A model generated the notes under the pieces. That model was not told where the DNA came from. It did no database searches and saw only the letters and a program-made list of their open reading frames with translations. This document shows positions 11,348 through 20,837 of a stretch of DNA of 43,933 nucleotides, in pieces. The DNA is taken from the IMG/VR virus record IMGVR_UViG_2711768014_000011; one strand, given 5' to 3'. The position numbers and the translations under genes are program-made. The first letter of the stretch is position 1; each line of letters begins with the position of its first letter. The DNA comes from a virus (taxonomy: Duplodnaviria; Heunggongvirae; Uroviricota; Caudoviricetes).

Positions 11348-11724
11348 TTGTAAGCCTGTAAAACACCATGAAAAGCGTTGGCATACACGCCAGTTGGCGC
11401 TTGTTGTGAATGACCGTTTTCAAGAGCCTCTGCATAAGGAAGGTTATTCTGGATATAAATAACCCCGTAATTTGCAGCTTTCGAAATAACCCCGATCCCA
11501 CGCTGAACAGCAATCGTACCGTTCGGATCCACGTTATCAGATATACCAAAATCGGGATGCTGTAACGACACCAGGTTGTTATTTCTGAAACGTCCGGTAT
11601 CAACCGGAGCAGCAATATCAATAGCAGTAAGAATCTGCATAGCGATGTAGCGAATCTTCAGCCCTACATCTTCCTCAATCATCCCGGCAAATATTGACGG
11701 TTCTATATCCCATGCCTTTGCCAT
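11344..11724 (-). CDS. Putative neck / tail completion protein
   Basis: 126-aa ORF, 4-nt overlap with the downstream gene; assigned by position. Confidence 0.4.
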   Translation of the reverse strand: MAKAWDIEPSIFAGMIEEDVGLKIRYIAMQILTAIDIAAPVDTGRFRNNNLVSLQHPDFGISDNVDPNGTIAVQRGIGVISKAANYGVIYIQNNLPYAEALENGHSQQAPTGVYANAFHGVLQAYK

Positions 11725-12108
11725 TTACGCTCTCCTTAACTGGATAGAGTAAACTGATGCGGAAGGATCTACACTTGCTGTAATTACCTCGTATCGTTGT
11801 AACTGCCTTGATACAGGATCATAAATCTCAATAATATGGTCGACAGCTGGTTTATCCGTAACCTCGCATACCAGAGCGGTTAATTTAAGGTCACCATGCA
11901 AAATATTAATCCCATCAATTCTGCCCAGCTTATAACGTGTCAACACGCCTCGCCCGGTATAGATTGCGGTTGATTCGCCGCCAGTTTCCGTCACAGGATC
12001 CCAGTGCCGGTGCGTAACGTAAGAACCAGAAAAATCACTCACGGCGTCCGCTAAATCCTCATCAAAAGCAGCGGCAACCTCTGACTGAATCTCTTCACGA
12101 AGCCCCAT
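11725..12108 (-). CDS. Putative head closure protein
   Basis: 127-aa ORF abutting its neighbours (1-nt overlap); assigned by position. Confidence 0.4.
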   Translation of the reverse strand: MGLREEIQSEVAAAFDEDLADAVSDFSGSYVTHRHWDPVTETGGESTAIYTGRGVLTRYKLGRIDGINILHGDLKLTALVCEVTDKPAVDHIIEIYDPVSRQLQRYEVITASVDPSASVYSIQLRRA

Positions 12109-12503
12109 TATCCCCCCCTCACAACCCTGACTTGTGAGCGACTAAGTCCGTACGGTTTCAGCAGTGCTATCGCAAGCTGTAAATCGGGTTCAAGCAATGC
12201 AGTGCTGTTTGCTGGCAACTCAGAAAATGATTTCGATACACTGACCCCGTCAGCCGACACGGCTTTACTGATAACAACGCCAGAATCATTTTTCTGCTGA
12301 AACAACTTACCGAATGAGGCAATTCTGGCTGCATATGCTCCCGCAAGTTTTACCTCTTCCGGAATACGGGATGGGTTAATTTTCAGGTTGAAGCCATTAA
12401 GCCAGGCATTAGCCATTAAAACAGCTTTATTTTTAGCGTTCTCACTCGTCCAGGCGTTCCCAAACGCATTATCAACGTCATCACAGGTCACGTAAGTGAT
12501 CAT
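12108..12503 (-). CDS. Putative head-tail adaptor protein
   Basis: 131-aa ORF downstream of the capsid gene in the head-tail connector block; assigned by position. Confidence 0.4.
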   Translation of the reverse strand: MITYVTCDDVDNAFGNAWTSENAKNKAVLMANAWLNGFNLKINPSRIPEEVKLAGAYAARIASFGKLFQQKNDSGVVISKAVSADGVSVSKSFSELPANSTALLEPDLQLAIALLKPYGLSRSQVRVVRGG

Positions 12504-12506
12504 GTG

Positions 12507-12683
12507 TTACTCCTGAGTTTTCCAGCCCATAGCCTTCCAGTTGTCAACTTCATCAGGATGAACATTAGCGATAGTTGGTGCGCCGGGAAACATCTGATAA
12601 TCGGTCACCATAACCACTAACTCAATTTGCGTTTTTTGTGCGGCTTCACGCTGTGCTCTTTGCTCTTTAGTTAATCCGGCCAT
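12507..12683 (-). CDS. Small hypothetical protein (58 aa) between capsid and head-tail adaptor genes
   Basis: ATG at 12683 preceded by G-rich SD (aatgggggg); MAGLTKEQRAQREAAQKTQIELVVMVTDYQMFPGAPTIANVHPDEVDNWKAMGWKTQE; below the ORF-track size cutoff. Confidence 0.4.
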   Translation of the reverse strand: MAGLTKEQRAQREAAQKTQIELVVMVTDYQMFPGAPTIANVHPDEVDNWKAMGWKTQE

Positions 12684-12691
12684 ATGCCCCC

Positions 12692-12717
12692 CATTAAAAA
12701 TGGGGCCGAAGCCCCGT
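12692..12717 (-). terminator. Intrinsic terminator downstream of the major capsid gene
   Basis: Minus-strand RNA GGGGC-uucg-GCCCC followed by AUUUUUAAU, 10 nt after the capsid stop. Confidence 0.5.
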
Positions 12718-12725
12718 TTGAATGT

Positions 12726-13865
12726 TTAACCAAGAATCAGACAACCATGTGCCGGCTTCACTGATGAAACACCCCATGCCAGTCCAACTTCATAGCGCAC
12801 CTGGCGATACTGACGATACAGTGCAATCTGGAACGTAATCCCTGAAATCGGGTCCGTAACATTCATTACATCATCAGCATTATCGCCACCTTCCGGCATT
12901 GCCGGAGTACGGGATGCCAGCAGAAACGCGTTGCGATCAAACGCCATATTTGCAGTAAAGGCCCCAACAACTGTGATGGCAGTATCATCGGCCAGATCCT
13001 GACGCAGTCCGGGCGCTGCAAGAGTAATCAGATTGCTGGTCGCTGCTGCCACAACATACTGATTCGGATCACCAGCGAACGTAACAATCTGACCTGCAGA
13101 AATACTCCCCGAACCAGTATCAATGGAAATAAGAACATCGCCTTCTTTTTTCTCTCCATTCACGAGATAACCAGTTGCAGCAACCTTTGGCGCTCGTTTC
13201 ACACCTGCCGAACTGTGAATATTGAATCCCTCCAGACGCCCCAACACGCCCTCACGCAGTAGCTGTTCAGTGCCGGATTCATTCACTTTAAACAATACAG
13301 ACTGTTTTCCGCGCAAATTAGCAATGGCAGTGGAGCCAAGCACCATCTGCAGATCGGTTGTCGGTGCGCCGTTATCCTCCAGAACCTGACGAGCCAGAGC
13401 AGCATCAGAAAGATCATCTTTAACACCAAACGGCGTTGTCCCTGCGGTTCCCACGGCGCGGGAAGCACCGAAATACAACGCACCAAGATCAGCCTCAACC
13501 TCGTTTGCAAGGGCGCGAAAAGCCTGCTTGAACTGATCAGCCAGAATGGTGTTGTAAGTCCCTGAAGGGCCAAGAGCCAGTTGTTCTTCACCATTCCATT
13601 TAACCGGTGCCATTTTGGATTTAGTAATTTTTACATCAACAGTGCCAATATTTTGATCACCGGTATTCGGAGCTGACGGCCCCGGTACGATATCTTCGGT
13701 TTTCGCCTCAGGCGCAACTGGCGCGGTTACCGTCTGATCTTTTGCTGCGGCGTCAGCTTTTGCGTTTTTTGCTACCGCAGGGATAAAACCTACCTGCTCA
13801 CGGGATACAACATCCAGGGCGGTATAAATAGTCGGGATCAACCCGGTCAGGGTATTTCCAGCCAT
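12726..13865 (-). CDS. Major capsid protein
   Basis: 379 aa from ATG at 13865 (SD AAGGAA 8 nt upstream); sits between scaffold and connector genes and is followed by a terminator. The ORF-track upstream extension to 13958 lacks an RBS. Confidence 0.8.
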   Translation of the reverse strand: MAGNTLTGLIPTIYTALDVVSREQVGFIPAVAKNAKADAAAKDQTVTAPVAPEAKTEDIVPGPSAPNTGDQNIGTVDVKITKSKMAPVKWNGEEQLALGPSGTYNTILADQFKQAFRALANEVEADLGALYFGASRAVGTAGTTPFGVKDDLSDAALARQVLEDNGAPTTDLQMVLGSTAIANLRGKQSVLFKVNESGTEQLLREGVLGRLEGFNIHSSAGVKRAPKVAATGYLVNGEKKEGDVLISIDTGSGSISAGQIVTFAGDPNQYVVAAATSNLITLAAPGLRQDLADDTAITVVGAFTANMAFDRNAFLLASRTPAMPEGGDNADDVMNVTDPISGITFQIALYRQYRQVRYEVGLAWGVSSVKPAHGCLILG

Positions 13866-13963
13866 AATTAAATATTCCTTAAAAATTTGCGTAATTGTGA
13901 ATAGATGGAGTAATGAGCTATCCAGCCCTGACACCAGCTCCCATCCGGAAGCTGACAAATGTG

Positions 13964-14728
13964 TTAATCAACGATTGTGATACCGTCTTTCAATGCGTTT
14001 TGCTTACCTGCAACATCCAGTGCATCAAAAGCAGAGCGTTTCATCGTTTTCTGACCAATATCATGCTGTGTCGGACGGGAGCCGCCGCCATTGTTGCCAC
14101 TGGCTTTCAGGATGTAGTCTTTCTGAGGGTAATTTTCGACAAGGAACTCCAGCGCCTCATCAAACTGCGCCAGTTCGCCAGGCTTCGCGCGGGAATAAAT
14201 TTTGTTGCCGGAAGCGTCATAAGCAACGATCCTCCCTTCTTCCACTTTGAATGCCTGCCCGAAGCGGGCTTGTAATAAATCTGCCGGGATCGCAATTTTA
14301 TCGGCAATATATTTTGAACCCGCAAAACTACCGCCAATCATAGAATCGTAAAGCTGCTTCTCCAGCATCTGAGAGCGTTGCTTTTCTTCATCTAATTGCT
14401 GCTGAAAATTTTTCGTAATTTCTGCCTTAACCTGGTCAACCTGTCCCGCATCGAGCAGCTTTTTCTGGTCGATTTTTGACAGCATTTCCAGTGCCTCGAT
14501 CGCCTTCTTCGGGTCTTCGATAGCGGCAAACTTAGCCAGTTTTTCCTCTGCAGCTTCTTTAGCCAGGCGATGATTTTTTGCCTCGCCATTAAGCTCTGTA
14601 ATTTTTTTTGTCGCCAGCGGTGCATCGAAGCCAATTTCTTTACCATCGTCGTGCACATAAACTGGCAGGCCAGCAGTATCAATTTCTGCGTATTGTTTTC
14701 CGTTAATCTCGACCGTTTTCAGTTTCAT
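13964..14728 (-). CDS. Scaffolding protein
   Basis: 254 aa from ATG at 14728; highly charged, coiled-coil-like (EAAEEKLAKFAAIEDPKKAIEALEMLSKIDQKKLL...); between the minor head protein and capsid genes. The track start at 14800 lies inside a terminator hairpin. Confidence 0.6.
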   Translation of the reverse strand: MKLKTVEINGKQYAEIDTAGLPVYVHDDGKEIGFDAPLATKKITELNGEAKNHRLAKEAAEEKLAKFAAIEDPKKAIEALEMLSKIDQKKLLDAGQVDQVKAEITKNFQQQLDEEKQRSQMLEKQLYDSMIGGSFAGSKYIADKIAIPADLLQARFGQAFKVEEGRIVAYDASGNKIYSRAKPGELAQFDEALEFLVENYPQKDYILKASGNNGGGSRPTQHDIGQKTMKRSAFDALDVAGKQNALKDGITIVD

Positions 14729-14785
14729 ATTAGTACCTGGTTTAAGTCTTCCGACAGTTACGCTGCTCACCATCCGGATCGCAGC

Positions 14786-14813
14786 AATAAAAAAGGCCAC
14801 CCGAAGGTAGCCT
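14786..14813 (-). terminator. Intrinsic-terminator-like hairpin between the minor head protein and scaffold genes
   Basis: Minus-strand RNA AGGCUACC-uucg-GGUGGCCU followed by UUUUUUAUU. Confidence 0.45.
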
Positions 14814-14832
14814 GTTGTAATAAATGATTTAT

Positions 14833-15948
14833 TTAAATCCCTGCTTTTCTGAATACCTGTGCATCACGCTCACGGAGCTGCTTCAGCGTCAGCCATTCGC
14901 CTTTATCGGTGTAAAATTCATCTGGCGACATACCACCATCCCGAATCAGCTTTGCTCGGCTTTCCCCCACAATCTGTTTTTGTCTGGTGTAAGGCTGACG
15001 CAAAAACCATTCCCTGTAGGTTGTATCTCCGGCCACCACGCCATCCATGCTGGCCCGCTCAGCCGGGGAAATATCGCGAACATCAATACCCAGTTCCTTC
15101 GCTGATTTCAGAATGAACGTTTCCGTTGAGCGGCAGCAGAAATGAATTTTTCCCGGCCCCTGCAAATAAGGCACGCTGTGACCTACAGGTTTATTATTCA
15201 GCGTATATTTGAGGCGATCCCTGATTCGACATTGTGGCGTAGTACGATTATCAAGCGTTGATAACCATTGCTTACCCTTAATCAAATCATTATTCGCGCT
15301 GGCAAAACTCTCACGGGCAGTAGCAGCAAGATGTCCAACCGCTGTTTTTGCAATGCTGGCCGCATTAGCCCGGCTCATCTGCAATGCACCATCCTGAAAT
15401 CCCTTACTGACATGTCCCCGAATTTTTCTTGCGATCTGCTCATTGGTATCCCCCAGCAAAAAACCCTGACGCACTGTATTTGTTATGCGTCTGAGCCGAT
15501 CCGCCTCAAGATCTGAGGCCCACTCACTGAGCAGTCGTCCCTGGAATGGTCGCGCCATTGCAGCGGCATAAAGTGCATCAGGAGAGATACCAACCAGAGG
15601 GTGAACATCAGCAACAAAATCAGGTAGCATAGAATCAAACAGACTTAACTGATAACCAGCCTCATAAATTGCCAGCTCGTTCAGCTCTCCGGAGAGACTG
15701 GTAAACATGCTGTTAATAGCAGTGCGGTTAACCTCTCTGACGCTCGCCAGAAGTGACTCCAGGCGCTTAACGGTAAAACTACCTGGATCGAGGCTGTCCA
15801 GTGCTATCAGCAGGCGAGCAGTAAGTTCCGCATCGCTGTCATTCAGTATTTTCACCATTCTGGCAGCCACGCCAGTGCTATAGCGGGATATCCAGACTGC
15901 ATGAGCAATTGATTCATCACGCAGCCGTTCATTCACGGTTTGCATCAT
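14833..15948 (-). CDS. Minor head protein, phage Mu F / SPP1 gp7-like head morphogenesis protein
   Basis: 371 aa directly after the portal gene with a 20-nt overlap; contains the TTPQCR motif typical of the Mu-F family. Confidence 0.7.
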   Translation of the reverse strand: MMQTVNERLRDESIAHAVWISRYSTGVAARMVKILNDSDAELTARLLIALDSLDPGSFTVKRLESLLASVREVNRTAINSMFTSLSGELNELAIYEAGYQLSLFDSMLPDFVADVHPLVGISPDALYAAAMARPFQGRLLSEWASDLEADRLRRITNTVRQGFLLGDTNEQIARKIRGHVSKGFQDGALQMSRANAASIAKTAVGHLAATARESFASANNDLIKGKQWLSTLDNRTTPQCRIRDRLKYTLNNKPVGHSVPYLQGPGKIHFCCRSTETFILKSAKELGIDVRDISPAERASMDGVVAGDTTYREWFLRQPYTRQKQIVGESRAKLIRDGGMSPDEFYTDKGEWLTLKQLRERDAQVFRKAGI

Positions 15949-17335
15949 TGATTTCCATCAGCATTACACTCTGATTTTTTAATTCATCGATCACTTCCTC
16001 TGGACGGGAATCCTGATCGATAAATTTCAACGCCTGCAACACCCGAACCGCATCAATCTGACGTATATCACCGCCCTGACGCAATGACTGAACAGCCAGC
16101 GCGGAGGATGAGTCAAACACCTGGGCAGATACATCCAGTTCAGTGCGCACATCCACATTGCCACCGCAACTCTCTCCGATCCATTCCGCCATTATCTGGA
16201 GAATATTATCGAGGGCATCTTCGAGGGAGTTCGCCATTGTATAAAGCGGCGAGTTTTCCTGCATTCGCTCTTCATTAGTCTGATCAACAGATTTGGTGGA
16301 TGTATTTTCAGCACGCAGAAGTTTAGCGCCGGCATGACGCATCTGATTTTCCAGCTTCTCAAGTGATGTTTCGCCAGATTCTATCGCTGCGCCACTATGT
16401 TCAACATATTCGAGGCCATTTTTTGTTCTGTCCTCAAAAATCGTAGCGGTGGATGCACCAACCGTCAGTTCTTCATTCCTGTCCAGCCCGTAGGCCACCA
16501 GCAATGGAACGCGGGCAACATGAAGAATATTGTCCTGCTCGCTCTGGCTTTGCCAGTGCTTGATATTCAGCAAGCCAAGATTAAGCAATGGCGGTGTACC
16601 ACGCATAAATCCTGTTTTCTTCGTGTACAGTGTTACCAGAGGAATATCATCACGGCTGGTATTCCATGACTCATGAAGCGTCCAGACAGATTCGCCATTA
16701 GTGCCTTCGCTACGTCGATAAATTTCAACTCGACGGGGCATAATATGGCGGATCTGCTCCACCTTCTTCTGCCCGAAATCATCACCATCAATAATGATGA
16801 CCTCTTTTATACGCAAATCAGTGAGAACAACTTTCCCTTTTTCAACTTTCGATTTCCATCCAATAACCTGGCGTGGATTCAGCATCGTAACGTACGGACG
16901 ACCACCGGTCGCGTTTTCATCGGCTTTTGTCCGAATCTCTTTCATATCCGTTCGTGGATAGTCCACCAGCGCATGTGCCACACCATACTGAAATGCGAGG
17001 CTGAAAAATTGCTGCGCCCACACATCCAGTCGGCTCCCCTCCATGTCGATATTTTCTGCATATTCCCTGATTTTTGCCGGCGTTTCCTCACTCAATACTG
17101 TCGGCTCTGCAAATATGCGCCCAATATTTTGCTTGATGCTTTCTTCATACACAGGAAGTAGCGTAGCCACAGACAGGCGTTTTTTATAAGCGTCTTCATC
17201 TTCGTTAGGCCATTTTGGGAGATAATTTTCCCCCTGCCTGCGCATTTCAAGCGTACCGCCCATCAGTGCGTCGTTAATATCCCACGCCTCCAGCATATCG
17301 TTATAGTCGAGGTTGGGTGTTGATATATCAGCCAT
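15929..17335 (-). CDS. Portal protein
   Basis: 468-aa ORF immediately downstream of the large terminase; acidic C-terminal region; assigned by position and size. Confidence 0.75.
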   Translation of the reverse strand: MADISTPNLDYNDMLEAWDINDALMGGTLEMRRQGENYLPKWPNEDEDAYKKRLSVATLLPVYEESIKQNIGRIFAEPTVLSEETPAKIREYAENIDMEGSRLDVWAQQFFSLAFQYGVAHALVDYPRTDMKEIRTKADENATGGRPYVTMLNPRQVIGWKSKVEKGKVVLTDLRIKEVIIIDGDDFGQKKVEQIRHIMPRRVEIYRRSEGTNGESVWTLHESWNTSRDDIPLVTLYTKKTGFMRGTPPLLNLGLLNIKHWQSQSEQDNILHVARVPLLVAYGLDRNEELTVGASTATIFEDRTKNGLEYVEHSGAAIESGETSLEKLENQMRHAGAKLLRAENTSTKSVDQTNEERMQENSPLYTMANSLEDALDNILQIMAEWIGESCGGNVDVRTELDVSAQVFDSSSALAVQSLRQGGDIRQIDAVRVLQALKFIDQDSRPEEVIDELKNQSVMLMEINDANRE

Positions 17336-17337
17336 AA

Positions 17338-18648
17338 TTAAATCCGAAGTGATGTGACTCTTCCGGTCGGTTTGACAATAGGGAATTGCTTAACGATGAA
17401 ATAACCTCCGGCATCATTCGGGTGATCATTGCCAGATTTTTTATCAGGCTCCCCCTTCTCATCCCAGACCTGTTGCTCCAGAGATTCGGCATATAACGGG
17501 CAACGCTTCACATTAACTTTATAGCGACGCTCACCATTGGCATTGCAGAACATTGCATTCATTGAGTTAACGCGATCTTTTACTGGCGGGTTCGAGCTGT
17601 TCACCACAACGTTAAAACCAGCCTGCTTAAGCTGGGCTATATCCGTCGTACTTGCGTTACTTGATTTTCTGGAATCCCCGGAAGCATCTGGATAAATATA
17701 AATTTCCCTCACTTTCCGGTAATCATTCCCATCATACAGCCAGAAGCGTTCTTTAATGATGCGGATCATATCCGGCGTATCGTAGGCATTGATGATTTCA
17801 GTTACCGCACATGGAAGCCCCAAACGCAGCACATGGACGATTCCCGCCATCTTTCCAACGTTAAAATCCATCCCAATATAAATCGGCTCCCCTGGCTGCT
17901 CCACTTCTTCGCAATTATTCAGTTTCCGGTCAAACTGATGGTAAACAGTACCACTTGTCAGGTTAGTAAACTGTCCTCGAAGATAGGCTTTAATCAGCTC
18001 TGGAGGGTATGATTCAAGAAGCGAAGGAATGTAATCTGCTGGCAGGTTCTTTTCATTATCGAAAGTAGATGCCTGCACCAGACCATACAGTGAGGCCAGC
18101 TCTGTTTTTTCACGCACGGCTTTAACAAACTGCTCGTAGACAAATTTGAATCCTTCCGGCGTGGTTGTAACGTCAATACCGTTGCGAAGTCCATCAATCT
18201 TATAACGCATACGTGCAATTATCTTGCGCCACGCCGTTCTGGCTTTTTCCTTCGGCAAAATGTCCAGTTCATCCACCAACGCATTACCAATTTTGAAACC
18301 GACGATCGTTTGTGGCTTCTCCATCGATCTGCAGATAGTGGTTCCCCGATACTGGCGTCCGTAATAAAAGTGAACCTCTTTATTTCCCTCATTAATTTTT
18401 ACGTTCAATCCCCAGTCAGCAGCAACTTCTTCCACTGTAGGGTAAAAAATATCGCGAATTTGGGGATACGTTGGCGCAAAATATCCCTGATTTATACCTG
18501 GATGCTCCCAAATCCCCTTGCATATGCCGCCACACCCAACCCATGTTTTGCCCGAGCCAAAACCAGCAATATAGGCTTTAAATTTATGGGGCATTGAAAG
18601 AAATCGCGCCTGAGGCACATTAAGCGTCGGAGAGATCATCTTCATCAC
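17338..18648 (-). CDS. Terminase large subunit
   Basis: 436 aa with Walker A-like AGFGSGKTW near the N-terminus; overlaps the small-subunit stop. Confidence 0.85.
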   Translation of the reverse strand: MMKMISPTLNVPQARFLSMPHKFKAYIAGFGSGKTWVGCGGICKGIWEHPGINQGYFAPTYPQIRDIFYPTVEEVAADWGLNVKINEGNKEVHFYYGRQYRGTTICRSMEKPQTIVGFKIGNALVDELDILPKEKARTAWRKIIARMRYKIDGLRNGIDVTTTPEGFKFVYEQFVKAVREKTELASLYGLVQASTFDNEKNLPADYIPSLLESYPPELIKAYLRGQFTNLTSGTVYHQFDRKLNNCEEVEQPGEPIYIGMDFNVGKMAGIVHVLRLGLPCAVTEIINAYDTPDMIRIIKERFWLYDGNDYRKVREIYIYPDASGDSRKSSNASTTDIAQLKQAGFNVVVNSSNPPVKDRVNSMNAMFCNANGERRYKVNVKRCPLYAESLEQQVWDEKGEPDKKSGNDHPNDAGGYFIVKQFPIVKPTGRVTSLRI

Positions 18649-19714
18649 TCCTTACTCTGGCATCAACCACATTAATATTGATCGCCACAGGCTGGGGATG
18701 TTCATTATCTTCCACCGTTTCGATCTCTTTGCGCAGCTTCTGGTTTTCCATTCTGCGCCGTTCAATTTCCAGTTCCCGTAGCCGCTTATCTGCACATAAA
18801 GCCCCGCCAGCAGAAAACAAACGCAACAATTCACGCCGGGCGGCAGCCTTATCCTCCAGCAGGATCTCAACGCCGAATTTTCCGAATTTTGCCCCTGCAT
18901 ATAATTGCCGCGCATCCCCATCAAGCAGAGTGGTATCAGCCATATAAAGCTGTCCCGTTCCCTCACCGCAGCACTTCGGGCAGTCCGGATTGGGTATGGC
19001 GTTATCAACAAAGCCGAGGCCTCCATATTCCGGTTCGGGTTTGCCATCTCTGGAAGCCTGCGCCGCTGCCTTGTCGAATTCTGCTATATCGCGCCACTGG
19101 TAGAGATGATTCTCGCCCCAGCAATAACGGCAGTTAACACGGCGAAATTGTGCAAGCTGATTGGGGTCGGCCAGGACAATAGCCATCAACTGACTCACTA
19201 GTAAATCCAGGTCTGCGGTATAGCGTTTCTGGTACTGATTGCGGAAGTAGCTGATAGCGCGAAAAACCCTGGCATTTCTAAGCATACGACTGGCGTTGCT
19301 GTTAGCTGTCGCACCTTGCCCCTCATAACCGGCTAGTCGGTACGCCTCTGTCGGCTTTTTACCCTGAGCAACAAGCATCGCAAACTTAGCCTGCTGGTCA
19401 GAAATGCCGAATTCATCGGGACAGAACGAAAATTCCTCCGCGTCGCCCTCATTCAGGCCCGCATCGAATACTGGCTTTTTTTCCTGAGATTTTTCGTTCC
19501 GCTTTTGTGCAGTCTGCGCAGATTTTTTCTGCGCACTTTTTTGCGCAGTTTTGCACATTTCTGTCTGCGCATTTTTCGGAGTTTTTTTGATGTAACGACG
19601 GGCTGTTGCGTAATTCAGTCCCCTTGCTTCACACCATGCCACCGGAGATATACCGGAGCGGGTGTATTCAGCAATATACTCCTGCTGCAACGCCCCCCAG
19701 TCCGGTCTGCTCAT
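18620..19714 (-). CDS. Terminase small subunit (N-terminal HTH, Lys/Gln-rich linker)
   Basis: 364-aa ORF immediately upstream of and overlapping the large terminase; assigned by position. Confidence 0.55.
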   Translation of the reverse strand: MSRPDWGALQQEYIAEYTRSGISPVAWCEARGLNYATARRYIKKTPKNAQTEMCKTAQKSAQKKSAQTAQKRNEKSQEKKPVFDAGLNEGDAEEFSFCPDEFGISDQQAKFAMLVAQGKKPTEAYRLAGYEGQGATANSNASRMLRNARVFRAISYFRNQYQKRYTADLDLLVSQLMAIVLADPNQLAQFRRVNCRYCWGENHLYQWRDIAEFDKAAAQASRDGKPEPEYGGLGFVDNAIPNPDCPKCCGEGTGQLYMADTTLLDGDARQLYAGAKFGKFGVEILLEDKAAARRELLRLFSAGGALCADKRLRELEIERRRMENQKLRKEIETVEDNEHPQPVAININVVDARVRSDEDDLSDA

Positions 19715-19717
19715 CAG

Positions 19718-19969
19718 TTAGTCCTGATTTTTATCCACCCTGAGTAGTTCGCGCAGAGCAAAGGCATCCCCTTTTCTGGCAAGCTTAAACAATGCCGCTC
19801 GTAACTCGGCTTCACCTTTCGCTCTGCCCTTACGGATGGCCGCATAAAAATCTGTCATTGCTTCCCGATTTTCTTTCAGTCGGTTCAGATCAACATCCAG
19901 AACGTCAGCGATTTGTTGTGCAGTCATCCGGCACGCTGCCAGAGACTCGACTTTCGAATACGGAATCAT
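19718..19969 (-). CDS. Small hypothetical protein, possible HTH DNA-binding
   Basis: 83-aa ORF directly upstream of the small terminase; MTAQQIADVLDVDLNRL is helix-turn-helix-like; true start may be the internal Met at 19927. Confidence 0.4.
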   Translation of the reverse strand: MIPYSKVESLAACRMTAQQIADVLDVDLNRLKENREAMTDFYAAIRKGRAKGEAELRAALFKLARKGDAFALRELLRVDKNQD

Positions 19970-20837
19970 TTGTCACCCCCATTGATATGCAGGGTGTCTT
20001 CTTCCTGTATTTTTCGTGAAGGATTTTTACTGCAGCGTTGTTCCAGGTGACCTGATGGTGAATGCGTTTATGACTGGCACCCATAAGTGAGATTTTTACG
20101 CACGACGGCGCATACATGACGGAGTAAAAACTTTTAACGTAGGTTCCGGAATCCAGATACAGCTCGGTCATTCCGCCGCTGTTTTTCTGCGTCTGTTTCT
20201 GCCCTAACTGGACAGCACCGATCGTCATAAACAATTCACCACAGCGACCGAGATTCGTGTACGTATTCACATCCTCGTTAATGCGCCCCATGAATGAGAA
20301 CGGTCGATCAACCGAACAGATAAAGCTGTTCATTGCCTTGCGTTTCACCCACGAAGCATGGCCGCCATTGTCACCAAGAAAATCCCCGCCCTGCGACATA
20401 GCGATGGAAAGAGCAGGTATTGATTCGTAGTACGCAAGCATTTCAGAAAGGATCTCATCCAGTTTCCTTATCGGGAAATAGGCCTGGTCATAGTTGCGAT
20501 CCACCCGAAACTGGAACTCGTGATAATCATCATCGAGCTGAATGAAGTATTTACACCCGACCAGTTTTGCCTGGTCGAAACAGGCATTACGGGCGTAAAA
20601 AATTGAGCGGCGGTCACTAAAATTATCGGCTTCGTCAAAACGACTAGCAATATCGGCTTTGGAAAATACCAGCACCTGTTCACCAAATTCAGCCATGTAC
20701 TGATGCCGTGTCTTATCTTCATCATCAACAACGATAAAAATTTTCCCGGTATAGCCAGCACGACGCAACGTCCGGTAAGTCAGAACTTTGTCCGGTCGCC
20801 CGTGAGTCAGAATAAAGGCGCAAAAATCATCACGCAT
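19905..20837 (-). CDS. Hypothetical protein with GT-A-fold glycosyltransferase-like motifs
   Basis: 310 aa from ATG at 20837 (SD GGAGGAGG 3 nt upstream); 8-nt overlap with the ParB-like gene; motifs IFIVVDDEDK, ARN and YFIQLDDDYHEF resemble GT2-type DxD signatures. Confidence 0.5.
   Translation of the reverse strand: MRDDFCAFILTHGRPDKVLTYRTLRRAGYTGKIFIVVDDEDKTRHQYMAEFGEQVLVFSKADIASRFDEADNFSDRRSIFYARNACFDQAKLVGCKYFIQLDDDYHEFQFRVDRNYDQAYFPIRKLDEILSEMLAYYESIPALSIAMSQGGDFLGDNGGHASWVKRKAMNSFICSVDRPFSFMGRINEDVNTYTNLGRCGELFMTIGAVQLGQKQTQKNSGGMTELYLDSGTYVKSFYSVMYAPSCVKISLMGASHKRIHHQVTWNNAAVKILHEKYRKKTPCISMGVTNDSVFESRVSGSVPDDCTTNR

Noticed and set aside
13283-14682. Nested and antisense ORFs inside the capsid and scaffold genes (for example 13283-13594, 13913-14275, 14392-14682)
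   Set aside because: Fully contained within or antisense to confidently assigned structural genes; no independent start signals.
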